Source of the DNA: Catajapyx aquilonaris
Lineage: Eukaryota
Reading direction: 5' to 3'
NCBI GenBank assembly: GCA_000934665.2
Contig: KZ538682.1
Location: 1-54,405, forward strand
DNA length: 54,405 bases
Shown here: in pieces, positions 37,201 to 50,297 of the stretch
Layout: each line of letters begins with the position of its first letter
How positions within the stretch are numbered: the first letter of the stretch is position 1
Position numbers and translations under genes: made by a program
The notes under the pieces: generated by a model
Told to the model about the DNA's origin: nothing
The model's database searches: none
What the model saw: the letters and a program-made list of their open reading frames with translations, nothing else

Positions 37201-39022
37201 CGTTGCCACAATGTTCCGAGTCACTATTGATTGAATCGTAGTTAATGAAACCCCTTGTGCATCGAACCCGGCTGGTCTGCAAGTGGATCCTCAGTCTTTC
37301 ACCTTCCATATGTAATATAGAACCGGACCTACTCAAAATGTGCCTAGACTGTTAGTAGGCAAGGGATCAGCTGGATATGACCCAGTGGCTGCCATTTGTG
37401 TTTTCCATCAGGCAGCGGAACTTTGGCTTCCCCTTATCAGGCAGATAGATTCTCGCCAATACGACTAAAGTTTGTGCGATTTGTCCCGACTGCAGAAAAT
37501 CGTTCTCTTCCTGGGTTCCCCCCAGGCGCTTCCTATTGCACGACGGAACACTGCATTTTGATCCGGTACGTTATCTGCTCTGGGCCCTTGCTGGGTGAGG
37601 GGTTAGGCAATTAACAAGTCCGATGTTCACTTTTGTATCAGCCCTGACCATGCAGTCGGTGTACCCACTTTACACGAGTGGACTGGACAAACCCAGCTCG
37701 TGGCACTGTGAACGTCACCTGCCTTTCTGCCATTTGGAACCGACATCCAGTCACAGGGCCTTTTCGGAGGCGGAATCCAGCTAAATAATAGGTTGACCAT
37801 GCAAAACTACGTGTGCGACAATGCGTGGACTTCCCCCCGTTTTTGCCAAGCCTGATTTCATGAGGACTTCCAGCTTTGGTGTGGCACAAGTGTTCGGAAC
37901 AGAGGGCGCAGCTAATCGATTCGATGGACACGGTTGTATGCGAACCTTTTTTCTACTTTTTTGAATTTTTTTGTAAAGATCGTGGTGAATGGAGAGAGTG
38001 CGGTGGAATATTGTTTGTACTCTACTTGGAGCTTAAGATATGATAGGTTTGGTAAAGGATGATCTGAAGTGGCGGAAAAAGCAATACAAGCAGTGTCGGC
38101 TACTCTGCCTTTTTTTTTGTTTACAATGGATATCCGGAGTCCGGGGTATTCTCAACCGGTAAGGCGTGCCCGTTTGTTGCCATTCCGGGACTCGGCAAAG
38201 TAAAGTCGGGTCGTGCGTTGGAGCAACAACATTGTGGTTGTGACTGGGTCAACAGCTCGTTTGAGCCACTCGGAGCTTCTAACAGTCAAAATACTCTTTG
38301 GTGGAATTAGCTCCTTGCATTAGAGTATTTACTGTACTGCAGTATCTCCCAGGGCATGTTAGCCTTATATTTTGAGAGTGAGGCGGTGAGTGAAAAAATG
38401 TAACTGTTAAAAGGGACTTTTCAGGATGCCATATTTTTTGATGGCTCCAGGTAAGGGGGACTTGGATGGCAAATAACGCTGTGGTCTGGCAAACAAATGA
38501 GTCTACTCGTGCACTAATCCATTATGTACAGTACCTAGCATGGCGAGTTGTTTTGCCTGATATCACACTGCCCGTTGAAGGAGCCGAATGCAATATTGGT
38601 CCTGTCTCAAGGGGGAATGGTATGGCCTCTCTAGCCTAGCACCTTCGGGTTTCCCCCACCATGACGTACGGTTGGGTAGAGTAAAGTTTAATTTTCCAGC
38701 CACTGCGAGTGTTGATCAATTTGGGCATGGGTTGGGGCTGCGAGTAATCTAACTTTATTATGTGCTGTTGTTCGAAGAGTGACGTTGGGTTATATTATAT
38801 AGGCATATTAGGATGCCTGAACAAAGCGGTTAGTGGTCTGCACCTCGTGATAACAAGTGAAAACAACCCGCTTCCTCTCCCCGTGCCCAGATTGGGGTGC
38901 CTACAAGGCAGTATAATGCATTATAGACGCGTTAAAAATAAAACAATCCGGATGCGAGAGGTTCCTAGAGCCGGCCCCGTTTATGCCAGGCTTATCCTTG
39001 CAGATTCCATCGGCGACATATA

Positions 39023-39447
39023 CAGGGTGTATCTGAACTCAGTGCCCCGACGTATATGACTGCCTTCCTAGCCACCAGAGGATCGATTTAAGTATAGGAG
39101 TCATTATGTTTGGCCGCCGCATTACGGAGATAATTGGCCGCAAACATGTAGTACAAAATATCCTGTCGGTTAGGCCACCCATCGAACCCTCCCCCAGTCA
39201 GAAGGCTCTGGAAGGTCTGGGGGCGGGACTTTGTTGGTTTGTTGCCCACAGGTGGTAAGGCCTCTTTGGCTAGTTACACCAGAAAATTCTATTTAAAAGT
39301 CAGAAGGAGCGATTAGGCAAAAATCGCTAAAGAGTGTATCTCAGTAATGAGGCTGCCCAGACATAATGACTCCTCTACATAAGTTGATCCTCTGGTGGCT
39401 AGGAAGGCAGTCATATACGTCGGGGCACTGAGTTCAGATACACCCTG
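39023..39447. mobile_element. Tc1/mariner-type MITE
   Basis: TA|CAGGGTG...CACCCTG|TA. The outer ~60 bp of the TIRs are identical and pairing extends to ~110 bp. Confidence 0.92.
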
Positions 39448-39524
39448 TATAAGGAAGGATAGGACGTTTCAGAGATTCCTGAAGAAGACTGACTGCAAAA
39501 AAGTTGCGACAAGTTTGCGTAATT

Positions 39525-40239
39525 GAGGAGGCGGCCGCCAAAACCGATTTTTGTCGTTTTTGAATTAACACCACCATTAAAATCTTCAAGTAGAGGCGCA
39601 CCTAATGAGCCAAAGAGCCAGATCGAAATGAGTTTTCTTGGGCCAAAAAAATTTGACGAAATCTGATGGATAAGCCATAACCGGAGCCTATCTTCGCCCG
39701 ATTTAGGTTTTAAATGTTTAATTTAAATTTTAACACTTTAATTTTAATTCTGACATTTTCAATTTCATTTTAACATTTTAAATTTAATAAATAAAACTTG
39801 AATTTCAATTTTAAAACTTAATTTAAATCTTAAATTTAGTATTTTGTGTTGCATCGTTCCAGATGGAGGACTCCTTTGTTTTTCCCTACTGTTTTCCCCG
39901 CAAATACATTTCTGACAATGCAATGGCAGTAACACTGGTGGGGGTAGGGAACAGCATATTATACTCCCGATTATCCGGGTGCGGATTTTCCGTGCATCGC
40001 CAAAAACTAATGTTTAAAAGTTCGCAACATAGAAAAGCCAAAACCGGCTATATATTCAAATCTTAATCAGGCAATAGGTCAAAAGGTTAAGGAGCCTGAT
40101 TTTGTTGAATTGCACCAATCCTGACCGGTACCCAAGCTCTTGACTATGGCATGATCAAAACACAAAATTCCAGCTACACAGTGGCTTTTTCTCGGAACGA
40201 GGTTCGGTGAAGATAGCCGGTTTTGGCGGCCGCATCCTC
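39525..40239. mobile_element. Non-autonomous DNA transposon, Sola-like
   Basis: 22-bp TIR GAGGA(G/T)GCGGCCGCCAAAACCG with AATT on both flanks. GAG termini and a 4-bp AT target are Sola features. Confidence 0.7.
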
Positions 40240-42083
40240 AATTATGGAAATGATCTTGCAGTGGTGAGGTACGTCGTCCCACTGAATTTAGCCACGCCTG
40301 GGAACAACAATTATTTTTTTGAGCTCCTGTTTTTTAGGAAAGTGGAGTAATGCATGGAGAAATCTTTTGACCTGGGCAGCCATCACACACAAATGTGATC
40401 AACTCATATTCGCTGGGATGGTTCATTTAATGAAGTGAAAGAGCATTATAATAGTAATACTGTATTATGTTGGCATTTCTCTCCTCCCATCACGGTACGG
40501 AGCATGATGTCAGGTTTTAAACTACTTGTACAAAACAAGGGTTGATCAATACGTATTAGGCCATGCATTCTTGCTACAAAAATCTTGATATCGTGTGGCA
40601 TTTTTATGGGGACCTTGGCGCTGTTTTGTGTAAGTCTCAGGACCATTATTTATTCCGTGACTTCACCTGAATCTGTTCTGCCATACCGCTTGCATGGAAG
40701 TGGCAGCCAATTTGCACGAGGGTTCTTCCAAAACACAAAAGATGTCACTGACATCCCTTTTTCTGGCCAATCTCTGTTTTCCTGCTGAGATTTGCATAAC
40801 GTAGTTTTTTAAATGATAATATCTAAGCTATTGGATGTTTTTGGCTAATATTTTTTTCTTATCCCTAGGGGCAGCCCTAAAAAATCTAAATCTATGCATG
40901 TTTCACTTGAGCATTTGACGGTTATTTTTGAACAATATCTTAGTATATTAGAGTAAAAAACTAATGATCCAATCATACTCTTTTCGAACATTTCTGATTA
41001 GCTCAATTCAACTGTAATAGGCGCCTAAATGGTCGGTCTGCATGGTCCTGGCCTCGACTACTACCCGGCTACAATATTCCCATACAGCAGTTATTTTTTC
41101 ATGCAGAAGCTTTATTAATCCCTTTGCACAATGGGCCCCGTGCTGTGTAATCATGAGCAGTTCCTTTCTGCTAGTGTTGGCTAACCTCCATTTGTTTCCA
41201 TAACTTTTGCACCGGAATCATTTTTACGGTAGTAATCACCGTTACCGGGTTTCTTCTCATCACGAACTATATCATTTCCACCCTTGCTCTGTGGGTCGCC
41301 TGACGCGTAGGATGACCCTTTATTAACCACTCTCATATAACGAAACTAAAATTAACATGCGATTATTTCCGTAATGGAGCCAAAATCAACTGGAATAATT
41401 TGGTCCTAAGACTTTCAAAGATAGCTAAGCCCGAATAAATGAACAATTTTTTTACAAACTGTGTGTGTCAAAGTTTCCATAGAAGATTTGTGATTTGTGA
41501 TTTCCAGAGGAAGAGAAAAGGAGACTTTCACTTATCCATTCCCACACTTCAGCATGATTCGAGAATTGGAAGAAATTCATGATCATAATTATACAGGGTG
41601 GTGATATATGGCCCCAAGTCTCCAGTTGTGGAAAAGGTGGATAGGTTATGAAGTTATGGACTATTAACCCCAATAAACCCAGTTTAAATAAAAGAAACCA
41701 CAATGTCCACAAATTACAACAAGTGAATGTGGGGCTAACTGTTGCTTCTATTCTGCTGCTGGTTTATGTGGTAAACAATCTACAACTTCCACTATCCACC
41801 ATCATGAACTGGAGACTCAAGGCAGTGTAACACACTGTATAATGTTAGAAATATTATATGGCTACAGTATGGTATTGGGAATGACTATAGTGACAGCTAG
41901 GCCTATAGATGTAAGCCTACGTCGCGTCGGTTTGGATGTTGGATCGGTTTTAAAACTGCATTGAATCTGGCTGGCACGAGGTTAGTATAAGCAGAACATT
42001 ATGGTAGTGTATATCATTTTGTACCGGTCCACGGACTTTGTCTGACAGTATATTGTACGTGCAAAATTGCGGTCTGGACTTAC

Positions 42084-42266
42084 TCGGGGACAGGCGAGAT
42101 GTCACCAGGCGAGGATGAAAGCTGAGGAATGTCGCTGCAAGAGCCTCCTCTCCACCTTCCTCCGGGACTTTCCTTAGGAAGATAACTATACCCGTTGTCG
42201 CACTCTGAGTCCAATCTCTCCTTGGTCCACCTGGACACCATAACCAAACCAGGAGGCCCGCAGTAC
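42084..42266 (-). CDS. nAChRalpha4: nAChR alpha4 exon: variable part of the TM3-TM4 cytoplasmic loop
   Basis: Open frame YCGPPGLVMVSRWTKERLDSECDNGYSYLPKESPGGRWRGGSCSDIPQLSSSPGDISPVP, bounded by accag|G and GA|gtaagt. 183 bp, phase 2-2, in frame with both neighbours. It occupies the position of the divergent segment preceding 'SLADG' in insect alpha4 proteins. Confidence 0.8.
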
Positions 42267-42394
42267 CTGGTTCCCAAACACGGAGAAAGCAACAATGATC
42301 AATAAACAATATGAACAGTATGAGTCAGGAGACATGACTGATAGTTATTTCATAATGCAATATTGGCGTTATTTTGATAAAAACAAATACATAA

Positions 42395-42702
42395 TCTATA
42401 TAAATAAAGCCGTTTGTGAGTCTGTCTGTCTGTCTGTCTGTCCGCCTGCCAACCGTCATTTGCCTGCCATCTGTGCTCCACCCCCAGGCCGGGAGAGGAT
42501 GGAGGTGTTGGGGGTTGACTACAGATGGCAGGCAAATGACGGTTGCCGTTATACAGGCGGGAGAGGTTGAAGGTGTTGGAGTAGCAGGACCACAGATGGC
42601 ATTGGTGGCCGGACACACAGAAAGGCAGACAGTTGACGGGGGTACTGTCATTCCCTTCATTCATTTCTTCCCGGGCAACGCCGCGCCGGGTGCCGCAGCT
42701 AG
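42395..42702 (+). mobile_element. Short non-autonomous Helitron
   Basis: A|TCTATATAAATAAAG start, (GTCT)n microsatellite, subterminal GC hairpin, CTAG|T end; internal 24-bp inverted repeat (42451-42474 and 42521-42544). Confidence 0.9.
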
Positions 42703-42776
42703 TATAATCTAAATATGTTATTAACATATTGTTCTGGTTGATATATTATTGTTAGTACTTGAATATGTCTACTTAC

Positions 42777-42923
42777 GCGTGTCTCTCGGGCTGATACTGA
42801 GGTCGCCGCATGACGAGAAGACGTGGAAGTATGTGAATGAAGACGCGCCGCACCCATGGTGCCATTGTGTGCGTTTGGGGAGACCGGAAGTGGACATTTA
42901 GCACCACCACGGTCACACATATA
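42777..42923 (-). CDS. nAChRalpha4: nAChR alpha4 exon: end of TM3 and start of the cytoplasmic loop
   Basis: (S)[48 protein letters not shown](A). Acceptor gtttcag|T completes AGT(Ser) from the previous exon; donor GC|gtaagt; 147 bp, phase 2-2. Confidence 0.95.
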
Positions 42924-43044
42924 CTGAAACACATGTTTAAAAAAATTACATTAGGTTGTGTCGGGGACACAAGCCGCAGCTTTTGCGGGCTCAACCTACA
43001 TTATGTTTCACTTTTCTCGACTATAATGGCGGGGCATGCAGGCG

Positions 43045-43281
43045 TGGATACGTCTTTAAAATCGGATCAGGGGGCATGCAGGCAAACACGAGCGTTACAG
43101 AAAAGCGTTACCCAGCAGCCCCCCCCCCCCGCATGCCCCCGCCATGGGGTCCCTGGCGGGGCCCTGACTGTTACGTATAATGAGCAGGTAACATACTGTC
43201 GGTTATACTAGACTGCAACGCTTTTCTGTAACGCTCGAGTTTGCCTGCATGCCCCCTGATCCTATTTTAAAGACGAATCCA
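43045..43281. mobile_element. MITE
   Basis: ~65-bp inverted arms (tggatacgtctttaaaatcggatcagggggcatgcaggcaaac... and its reverse complement). Confidence 0.8.
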
Positions 43282-44399
43282 AGTCAAAACATTATCGCTA
43301 ATGAGAAACACGAATTAGTCAAATTTTCAGGACATTGTTGCTTTGCTGATAATTGGGGGTTGATAGTTGCATAGTTTATCTTCAGGTCAAGTACTGTATA
43401 CGCACAATCAAAACTTTAAAAATGGAGTGGAAAGGTCATCCATCAACGTACGGCGACATGCCCTTACCTAGATTACCTACTTTTAAATGTAGTAGCTAAA
43501 AACGCACAGAAACTGAATTGGAATAACTAGCGCTGGAAATCGACTACCCTAAGCCAAGTTAGAGGCGAGCAGTGTGTAATCATCTGCTTTCATGAATTTT
43601 GTAGGAATTGAAAGTTACCTGCTAACGGATGTGTTGACACTTTGTTAATTAAATGAACGGTGTTGCCAGTTTCTAGGTTACACAAATCATCGTCAGTATA
43701 TATGATTAAAGGAGTACTAATCCCACTTTGAACTGAAGTACAGAAAGGCAGTTGAATATTTTATTTGCCCTTGAGCCAAATGAAAGGTTTTTCATGCCCC
43801 TTTTCTGCCCAGAAAAATTGCAAATGTTTGCTTAGTAACGAATTCTAAATATTCATTCAAAGATTAGTTTACATATGAGCTCATTATTAGTAAAAATGGA
43901 TTCAACAAGGGCCTTAGATTATCACATTTTAGATACTCTAAAATAATTGCAAAGGAAATCGCAAGCAGCACAATGAAAGATACTGATAGCAGGGTTAAGG
44001 AGATCATCCTAGTGGCAACTTTACAGAAGACAAGTCTATAAGTCCGCATTAGAGCCTAAAATTATTAATAATACTAACTCAGTTTCACGTGGGGTTTCTA
44101 GTTAAAAGGCACTGCTGGGACAAAACAACGTATCTAACTTAAGGACTTAGCTTATCGCCTTTAGTACTAACTTTAAAATAACATGAACTGTGACAATAAC
44201 GCTCAGTTTGTTCCTATCGATTTGTTCAGTTGAGATATAAGAAAGTAAACAATTATCTACTCAGCAGATGAACACAATTCTGATGAAATGTACCATCTCT
44301 GCACAGTAAAAGTATTACAACTTGGGGGGCCATCAAAAAGTAAAGCTTCTATTTTCAATCCTCAGTCTTGCAAAGAATCAAAGCGGCAGACACATATTC

Positions 44400-44470
44400 T
44401 GGGGAGGTCCTTGGTTCGATCCCCGGTGTCGGCTATCTCAAGGTTTTCAGTGGCCTTGGTCAACTCCAGG
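44400..44470 (+). mobile_element. SINE head fragment
   Basis: ggaggtccttggttcgatccccggtgtcggc...ggttttcagtgg resembles the SINE at 24859. Confidence 0.55.
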
Positions 44471-46476
44471 TCAATGGCATTATAGTAACACAACAGTCCC
44501 TTTAATTAGTTAAAAAAAATTCCAAATCGAGCAACATAAATAAAGGCAATATATTGTTGGATATATCCGGAAACGTGTATCTAAAAAGTGATTCAATGTT
44601 GTTTATAAGACAATGCTCTGCGAGTTTGTTCAGAAGAGTGTGATTCAGGTAATAAATGGCAGTCGTAGGAGGGTTAGAGGGTAGAAGCTCATAATGGAAG
44701 CCCCAATCTATCAAGGCTTATTCGACCACAAAGCATGAGGGAAAGCAAAAAGTGTTCCCTGAAATCCACAGGCATCCTTCCCTGCATGCAGCAAGTCGGC
44801 AGTGCTCTGTGATGGCTCCATCACTGATTTCCTGTGGGATTTCTCGATCTGACTTATATCTGAGAGATATTTCTGCTTTTCGAAGCCGCAGTGCAAAGCT
44901 AGAAGATTTGCACGTAAGACTAACTTTTTCTTATGGCGGCGACTGAGGAGACGAAAGGTCTATCAAAAAGCAACTTCATTTTCTTTTCATCTCGAAGATG
45001 GCAAACTGGGCGTTGTCATTTTCCTTTGAAGTACCGCAATACTCTGTCCTCTTATCATGGGTTCCAGTCAACACTGAGACCAGAAATATGACGCTTTGTC
45101 TGAGAGCCGGAAGCTTTCAGCCACATCTCGCGTTTGCTTTTGTTTTTGCCAAGTATCGCATGATGATAGAGAAGAGGTGCAGCTGGTTTGTAAAGTGTCA
45201 GGCCATTTTCCATCTGCTGAATCCTTTATTTCCTAAGTGTGCCAATTCAGCTACGCAGGAGTAGATCAAAATGCTGGGAGTATGGATACGAATGAGAGAA
45301 GATGCAGACGTTAAAACATAAAATATGGTGTAGGAAATCCTAAACCTTCAACTTTGGAGGATAAATTGGAAACAATACATGTACCGGTATACTGATTACA
45401 ATCAATGTAGGCTACTGATTACTGTCTTGTACTGATACCAAAAAGCCTAATCTTCGGGAAGATCTGGGTTATCTCAATAAATACTTCTATAAGAAATGCT
45501 TGCTCTTCCACGATTACTGTCACGAGTGCTGCGCTTGGATTAGTCAGAATGGGATTAGCCGGGATCTTTGCCAGTAACGATACTGCGAATGGTGCCATCT
45601 CCGTTTCACAACTCATGCTCTACCACGACTGTACTCCACCCGTCACGTGTAATACCACTACTGTGCTTGGGCTGCAGACAAAAGCAGACTATTCAACTTA
45701 GATCCTGAATGGACACTGATGCATTATAAACTAGCACATTAGCCTATGTCCATTGTCGTAAATTCGCTCATTTTACATTTCATGGGAGTTGATTTCACGC
45801 AACTGTCTAACACGACAATAATAAGCGAATAATTTTTATTAAACGACAATGTTTCAGACCTGCAGTGTTGGCCTGAAATTATTATCAAAGCTAATAATAC
45901 GGCCATTAAGTCTAGGCCAACGAAGGTGCTCGTGTGTAACAAAATAATGTCATCATTATTCCAGGTTTATAAAGGCGCATGAAGGCGCACTAATAACATG
46001 CCCGCAAAACTTTCGAATTTACACGAGGTTCAACGAAAAAAATTGCAAAACAACAACAAAAAACTGCGATTAATGCTAGCCAGCCCGCTACCAAGCCACG
46101 TAATGTCAGTTTTTTTTTGCATAGTTCAAATCTGAGCTTAATTCCTGCCGCCTCCACCTTCGTCATGACGTAATTGTAATGACTACCCTCAACCGTTAAT
46201 AAGGCAAATCCGGTTCTGATGCAAATAATTGCGTTTCAACCCAAAAATAACTGACTCCACAAAAGTCGGTGTTTTCGTGTATACGATGCAATAGACAGTT
46301 CGTAGATCAATTGGGACACATAAACACGAGGCTATAGATGCAGGCGAATTTCACTCAAACTGATTTCACCAGCGGGCTGTTGCGACTAGAAGGCCTAATA
46401 TTAATAGTTTTAAATGCATTTCACTCTCATATCTTTATTTGAAGAAAAGTTTAAAATGAAACATTTCGACGCCTAA

Positions 46477-47295
46477 GGATTATATTGTCGTATGTCCACT
46501 TTTGGTCCATTCAGAGATTCTCATATGTTCAAATAGCCGAACACGTAAAGTTGTATCTCCAATCACTGTTTCATGCAAAGACGCAAAAATGCGTCCGTAA
46601 CAAGCAGTGGAATATTGTCGTATCTCCCAAAGCTTGGATTCCTTCCTGCAAGTTTATCGTATCTCCATATAATCCAATCACCAGGCAGCACGAGGATCAC
46701 GTGACCCTCTTCACATCAATCTGAGAAAAAGAAAGATTTCAAAGCTATGCTGAAGTTCATGCCTCAAGTTGATAGAGTGTTCTTTCAATTGTTGATACGT
46801 AAAAAATAATATCATGTTCCAGTTCATGCCTCTGACTGAGATTAAATGTACCTTGACCCATTTTTTGTAATGCAAAGGTAATGATGATCAAGTTCATGCC
46901 TCATACTGTTAAAGTGTATTTTGAAGCATTATTTGGAATTTAAAGGTATGTTCAAGTTCATGCCTCATACTGTTGAGGTGTATTTTGAAACACTGATCAA
47001 TAAAAACATTTTCGTAGGAAATATACTTCATTGCAATGTTGTATCTCCAGCAAAGAGTTGAGTATTCCTACCAAAGTTACGTACTAATGTCGTATCTCCA
47101 AACCGGAAGCCCTGATTTCCACTGTTCCTGTTATTCGTCAACGATGATACGAAGCATAAATGAAGGTCTTGATATCTATGATCTCTGGTATGAAAATCAT
47201 TTCCATAGGTTAAAATGCAAACGGAACTGGTGACACGAAACTTTGCAGCTCCCTCCTGTGAAGTGAAGAAAGGTGGACATACGACAATATAATCC
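46477..47295. mobile_element. Non-autonomous DNA transposon with internal tandem repeats (Harbinger-like ends)
   Basis: 23-bp perfect TIR GGATTATATTGTCGTATGTCCAC flanked by TAA and TGA; internal repeats of TCGTATCTCC and AGTTCATGCCTC. Confidence 0.75.
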
Positions 47296-48674
47296 TGAGG
47301 CGGCGATTTGGTGAATGTTTCTTGTAATGTAGTTGGCCTGCTATCATTTGCTACAATAATGTTGCATCTGACTGACTAATCCTGACTCTGAGAATTGATA
47401 ATCTTCGAAATGAAAAATCTGTACGGCAAATATGATCCCATCACAATCGGGATCTCCTAGAATCACGTCCTCACAAGGGAAAATCCATCAACACTGCCAG
47501 AGGTGGGAAAATAAAACCGATTGGGGTAATCCCATCACGGATTTTTCTGAATTAGTTGTCCTTTGTTACGCCCGCACTTGCGACTGCATCAAGTAATCTG
47601 ATTGGATTATCCATGCATGGATTCAGAGTAAGTGATTTTTTTGTAAGCCCTCCCTCTCTATTCATGCTGTTCAGTTACTGCTGCAATAAACACACTATCA
47701 AAGGGGGTCGAAACAACGAATTAATCTTGGCCCAACTATTTCAAAAAAAAAAATGGCTAGCAAGAACAGATTGAACTCAAGTTGTGGTGAACCCTTTGAT
47801 ATCAACCAACTAGAAACTACTTTTAGCCTAGTTTGAATAGGTTGTGCATCGAAACGTGCCTACACTGCATACGCACATTGCCCTCCCAAAGCATCCAACT
47901 GAAGATAAGGTACAGTACGTATACTAGTGTCGGTTGACTAATTCTAAGTTGCCTGATGACATGGTGCTGAAAAGGCCGCTTAAGTTGGGGGAATTGGGAA
48001 GAATTTGGGTGGAAAAGAGTCAGACGGAGCATTTTGCAGCACCGAGGCAGCCACTGCAAACAAAGTCAGCGGCAGTGAAAGGTATTTTAAGTAGGGATTA
48101 GAGGCTAACGTAGCTGCCTTTTTACACCTGAATCGGGAGGAGCAGACGGGAATTTTCCCACTCCATTATGCATGGTCAAAATTCAGGACGGCGTACGCAT
48201 GACTAGCAACTTGAGTGGCGTCGATTCGTTTTCTCCGATCCCTTGGGATTTCTCTCGCTTCCGTACCACTCGTCTAGGATGTAACGTATACATCTACCCT
48301 CGCTTATACTGCACTGTAACTGCAGGATATAGCTACAAGCGCTGCGCCCTACTTACACCAGGCTGCCAAAATGGGCAGACGCCTATGGGGCAAATGCTTT
48401 TCTCTTTTATTGTTGGATATTTTCATGATTGGTAAGTGGCATGTACTCCAGGTCGATAGCGGATATAATAGACAGCCGATAATTATTTGCCGTGTCTGCA
48501 GAAGCCTAAGCAAGCCGGAGATATGGCAGATGCGGATTTTTTGCTAAGCGGAAGGCTGGTTAAATAGGATAAAGATAAAGAGGATTGTGCATTAGCGCTA
48601 GAGTAATTTGTTTGGTGTCGACAGACCATGTTAACGAACATTATACATGTTGCTGGAATGACTGTTGCAGCTAT

Positions 48675-49242
48675 AGGACATGGTGGGGTCCTTATGGGAA
48701 CAGCTGACCCAGATGGATTTGGATGAAACTTGGTCAGTTGATAGACCTTGACCTTATGGTCAATTTTTCTAAAGGACGTAGAAAATGGGCCGCTAGATGC
48801 GCTCAAAGTCGGAATTTCAGGTGGTTCCTATCGGGCTCATTTTTATATAATGTTGTAGATTCATGAGCTGAATCGAATGAGACATTTTGATTTTCTGTGG
48901 CAAACCATTTGGCAGTTATTATTATGTCGCACTTATAATAGGTCCGATGTTAAACTCGATTGTGCATCTAGCGGCCAAATGGTTTGTCACAGAAAATCAA
49001 CACATGGCTCATTCGACTCAGCTCATCAGTGGAACTCTACAATATAATATGTGAAAATGAGCCCGATAGGAACCACTTGAAATTCCGATTTTGAGCACCT
49101 CTAGTGGTCAAACGGCACAGTAGATTTTCTTCGTCCTTCAGAACAATTGACCCTAAGGTCAAGGTCTATCAACGGATCAAATTTCATCCAAATTCATCTG
49201 GCTCAACTTTTCCATAAAGAACCCCACCACGCCCCATGTCCT
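48675..49242. mobile_element. Long diverged foldback element
   Basis: The two halves are reverse complements over ~240 bp with scattered mismatches. Confidence 0.85.
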
Positions 49243-50177
49243 TTTCCAGGTGAAGTATGTACACTGCACATTGATGGCTTTCACCTGTACGCATATATCA
49301 AATGGATTTAACTTGTTTTGAAAACCTGCGTGCAACTTATAGTGCGCTATTTAAATCGAGTGACGTGCTTACAAATGACACTGTGGGTTTATACGGAGTA
49401 CATATGCACATATGGATAGCACCACTCTGACAGAGTTGAAATTAATTTTCCAGTGTGAAGATAAATGTTTGCAAACGTCAATAGCCATTGTGACCTAATA
49501 GCGCTTAAAGTATATGTAGCTACAATGTAGACATTTAATTGAATTGCCATACCATTTACAGTAATCTAGACCGCACACACTCCCATGACCTGTCATGTTA
49601 GCAAATCAACATAAAAAACTACCGACACTACACAAATATGACCATATCAGCAGAGTGGCAATCACAAAATTGTCCATCTCCTTGTAAATGTTGTTGAGGT
49701 CAAAGTCTGTACTGTATTAGAATATTACAGCCAGTAATTCAACCAAATAATGGATGGTTATTGACATATGTTGAATCGTTAATACTGGTGAATGCTGCAT
49801 ATGTATTTACGCAACTCGCAGAGAACGTTTGTGACGGGCGTTGCGACCCATCAGCATACCAGTGGCCACCGACATTCCAGCTAATTGCGGTTATGGTTTG
49901 CACACACGATGTCATAATTGCTAAGTGTAAATAAGTCGTACCTTGTGAGCAGATTTAAGCGCATTATGCGCAATTTGCGTGAAATGAAAACGAGCAGGCC
50001 TACAAAGAGCTGACTGCTCCATTCCATATTTTAAGACTTATTAGTGGACAGATGTGTCACAGTCGAGAATAGTGCGACACTTAGTTGAAACAAGAAGAAA
50101 TGAGCTTTGCAGGGAATGTCACTCGTATGTAACATCACACCAAGCATTACCAAAAGTGGTGTAATGTACAGTAGCCC

Positions 50178-50297
50178 TACTATGGGGCTCAAATTGTTTT
50201 GGCCACTTTATCCTTGGTCTTGAAGCAACACTTCACACACACACCTGCTCAACGTGGGGCCTGTCTGAAGGGTTGCTTCAAGACCAGGATAAAGTGG
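50178..50297. mobile_element. Truncated copy of the MITE at 32017
   Basis: Shares tactatggggctcaaattgttttggccactttatcc and the internal ctcaacgtggggcctgt segment. Confidence 0.8.

Noticed and set aside
37500..39000. Possible decayed LINE ORF1/endonuclease
   Set aside because: Only faint words (SIY, GDLD) among many stops; not supportable without a search.
44940..44965. CTGAGGA..GAAA hammerhead-like word
   Set aside because: Flanking helices cannot be formed.
46750..46990. CRISPR-like spacing of a 12-bp repeat
   Set aside because: The intervening sequences resemble each other, the repeat is short, it lies inside a TIR element, the context is eukaryotic and there are no cas genes.
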